From: Candidatus Woesearchaeota archaeon
GTDB lineage: Archaea > Nanobdellota > Nanobdellia > Woesearchaeales > GW2011-AR4
NCBI GenBank assembly: GCA_018303655.1
Contig: JAGVXT010000022.1
Span: forward strand, 2,633 to 66,632
Length of the DNA stretch: 64,000 nucleotides
Reading direction: 5' to 3'
This document shows, piece after piece, positions 63,865-64,000 of the stretch. A program made the translations under genes and the position numbers. Below the pieces are notes generated by a model. It ran no database searches, was not told the DNA's origin, and saw nothing but the letters and a program-made list of their open reading frames with translations. Position 1 is the first letter of the stretch; every line of letters starts with the position of its first letter.

Positions 63865-64000
63865 TTATTCTAAAATTATGACGTTGTCTAACCCCCTAAA
63901 ATGACTGTCGCCTGATACTAAAACAGCATTATTCAGCAAAGCAGAGCTATATATCAAACTGTCTACTGTATGCAGTTTATGGCGAATAGAAATTGTGGCT
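63865..64000 (-). CDS. PIN-domain (VapC-like) protein, C-terminal 44 codons; the rest lies outside the window
   Basis: The reverse frame gives ATISIRHKLHTVDSLIYSSALLNNAVLVSGDSHFRGLDNVIILE*. The D-S-L-I..A....A.LV(S/T).D..F pattern is the C-terminal acidic motif of PIN toxins. Confidence 0.5.
   Translation of the reverse strand, partial: ATISIRHKLHTVDSLIYSSALLNNAVLVSGDSHFRGLDNVIILE

Noticed and set aside
1-64000. Search for CRISPR arrays, rRNA genes, intact transposases/integrases, or a canonical defence system
   Set aside because: No regularly spaced direct repeats, no rRNA-like conserved blocks and no transposase- or integrase-length ORFs were seen. The only defence-like elements are the degenerate TA pair, the nuclease-fold ORF and the partial PIN gene.

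Overview
AT-rich, almost wall-to-wall coding window. It reads as one very large cell-envelope glycosylation island of an archaeon. The archaeal assignment rests on four things seen here: an STT3/AglB oligosaccharyltransferase with WWDFG, a geranylgeranyl-reductase paralog, TATA-type promoter spacing, and a tRNA whose cloverleaf appears only after three insertions are removed. A DPANN-like lineage is compatible with the gene style but is inference only.

Contents:
1. About 16 glycosyltransferases: 6 GT2 (several polyprenol-phosphate-sugar-synthase-like), 1 GT4, 2 GT9, and 7 large polytopic GT-C-like membrane proteins including AglB.
2. Several nucleotide-sugar pathways of bacterial LPS/O-antigen type:
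   - a complete ADP-heptose pathway (gmhA, split hldA/hldC, gmhB);
   - a CDP-glucose to 3,6-dideoxyhexose set (rfbF/rfbG/rfbH) in one same-strand gene string with an orphan TPP-dependent E1 alpha/beta pair;
   - a module with a C-methyltransferase, a UXS-like SDR, an RmlD-like SDR, a Gfo/Idh/MocA oxidoreductase and a cupin.
3. An ACP, holo-ACP synthase, FkbH-like loader, MaoC hotdog and AAC(3)-like acyltransferase cassette, which is unexpected in an archaeon.
4. Candidate glycoprotein substrates:
   - a surface protein of about 2170 aa (7-blade propeller, two tandem 550-630-aa modules, Cys-rich region, poly-Gly, C-terminal TM anchor), currently split by a 1-nt frameshift in an A-run;
   - two smaller secreted, anchored proteins.
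5. Accessory items: a DUF4258/DUF2283-type toxin-antitoxin pair whose toxin carries an in-frame TAA, a PD-(D/E)xK-like ORF wedged against gmhA, a ribbon-helix-helix fusion to a degenerate sugar nucleotidyltransferase, a truncated nucleotidyltransferase stub, and a partial PIN toxin at the 3' edge.

No rRNA, CRISPR array or intact transposase was seen. All functional calls come from motif and architecture recognition by eye. No database search was run.
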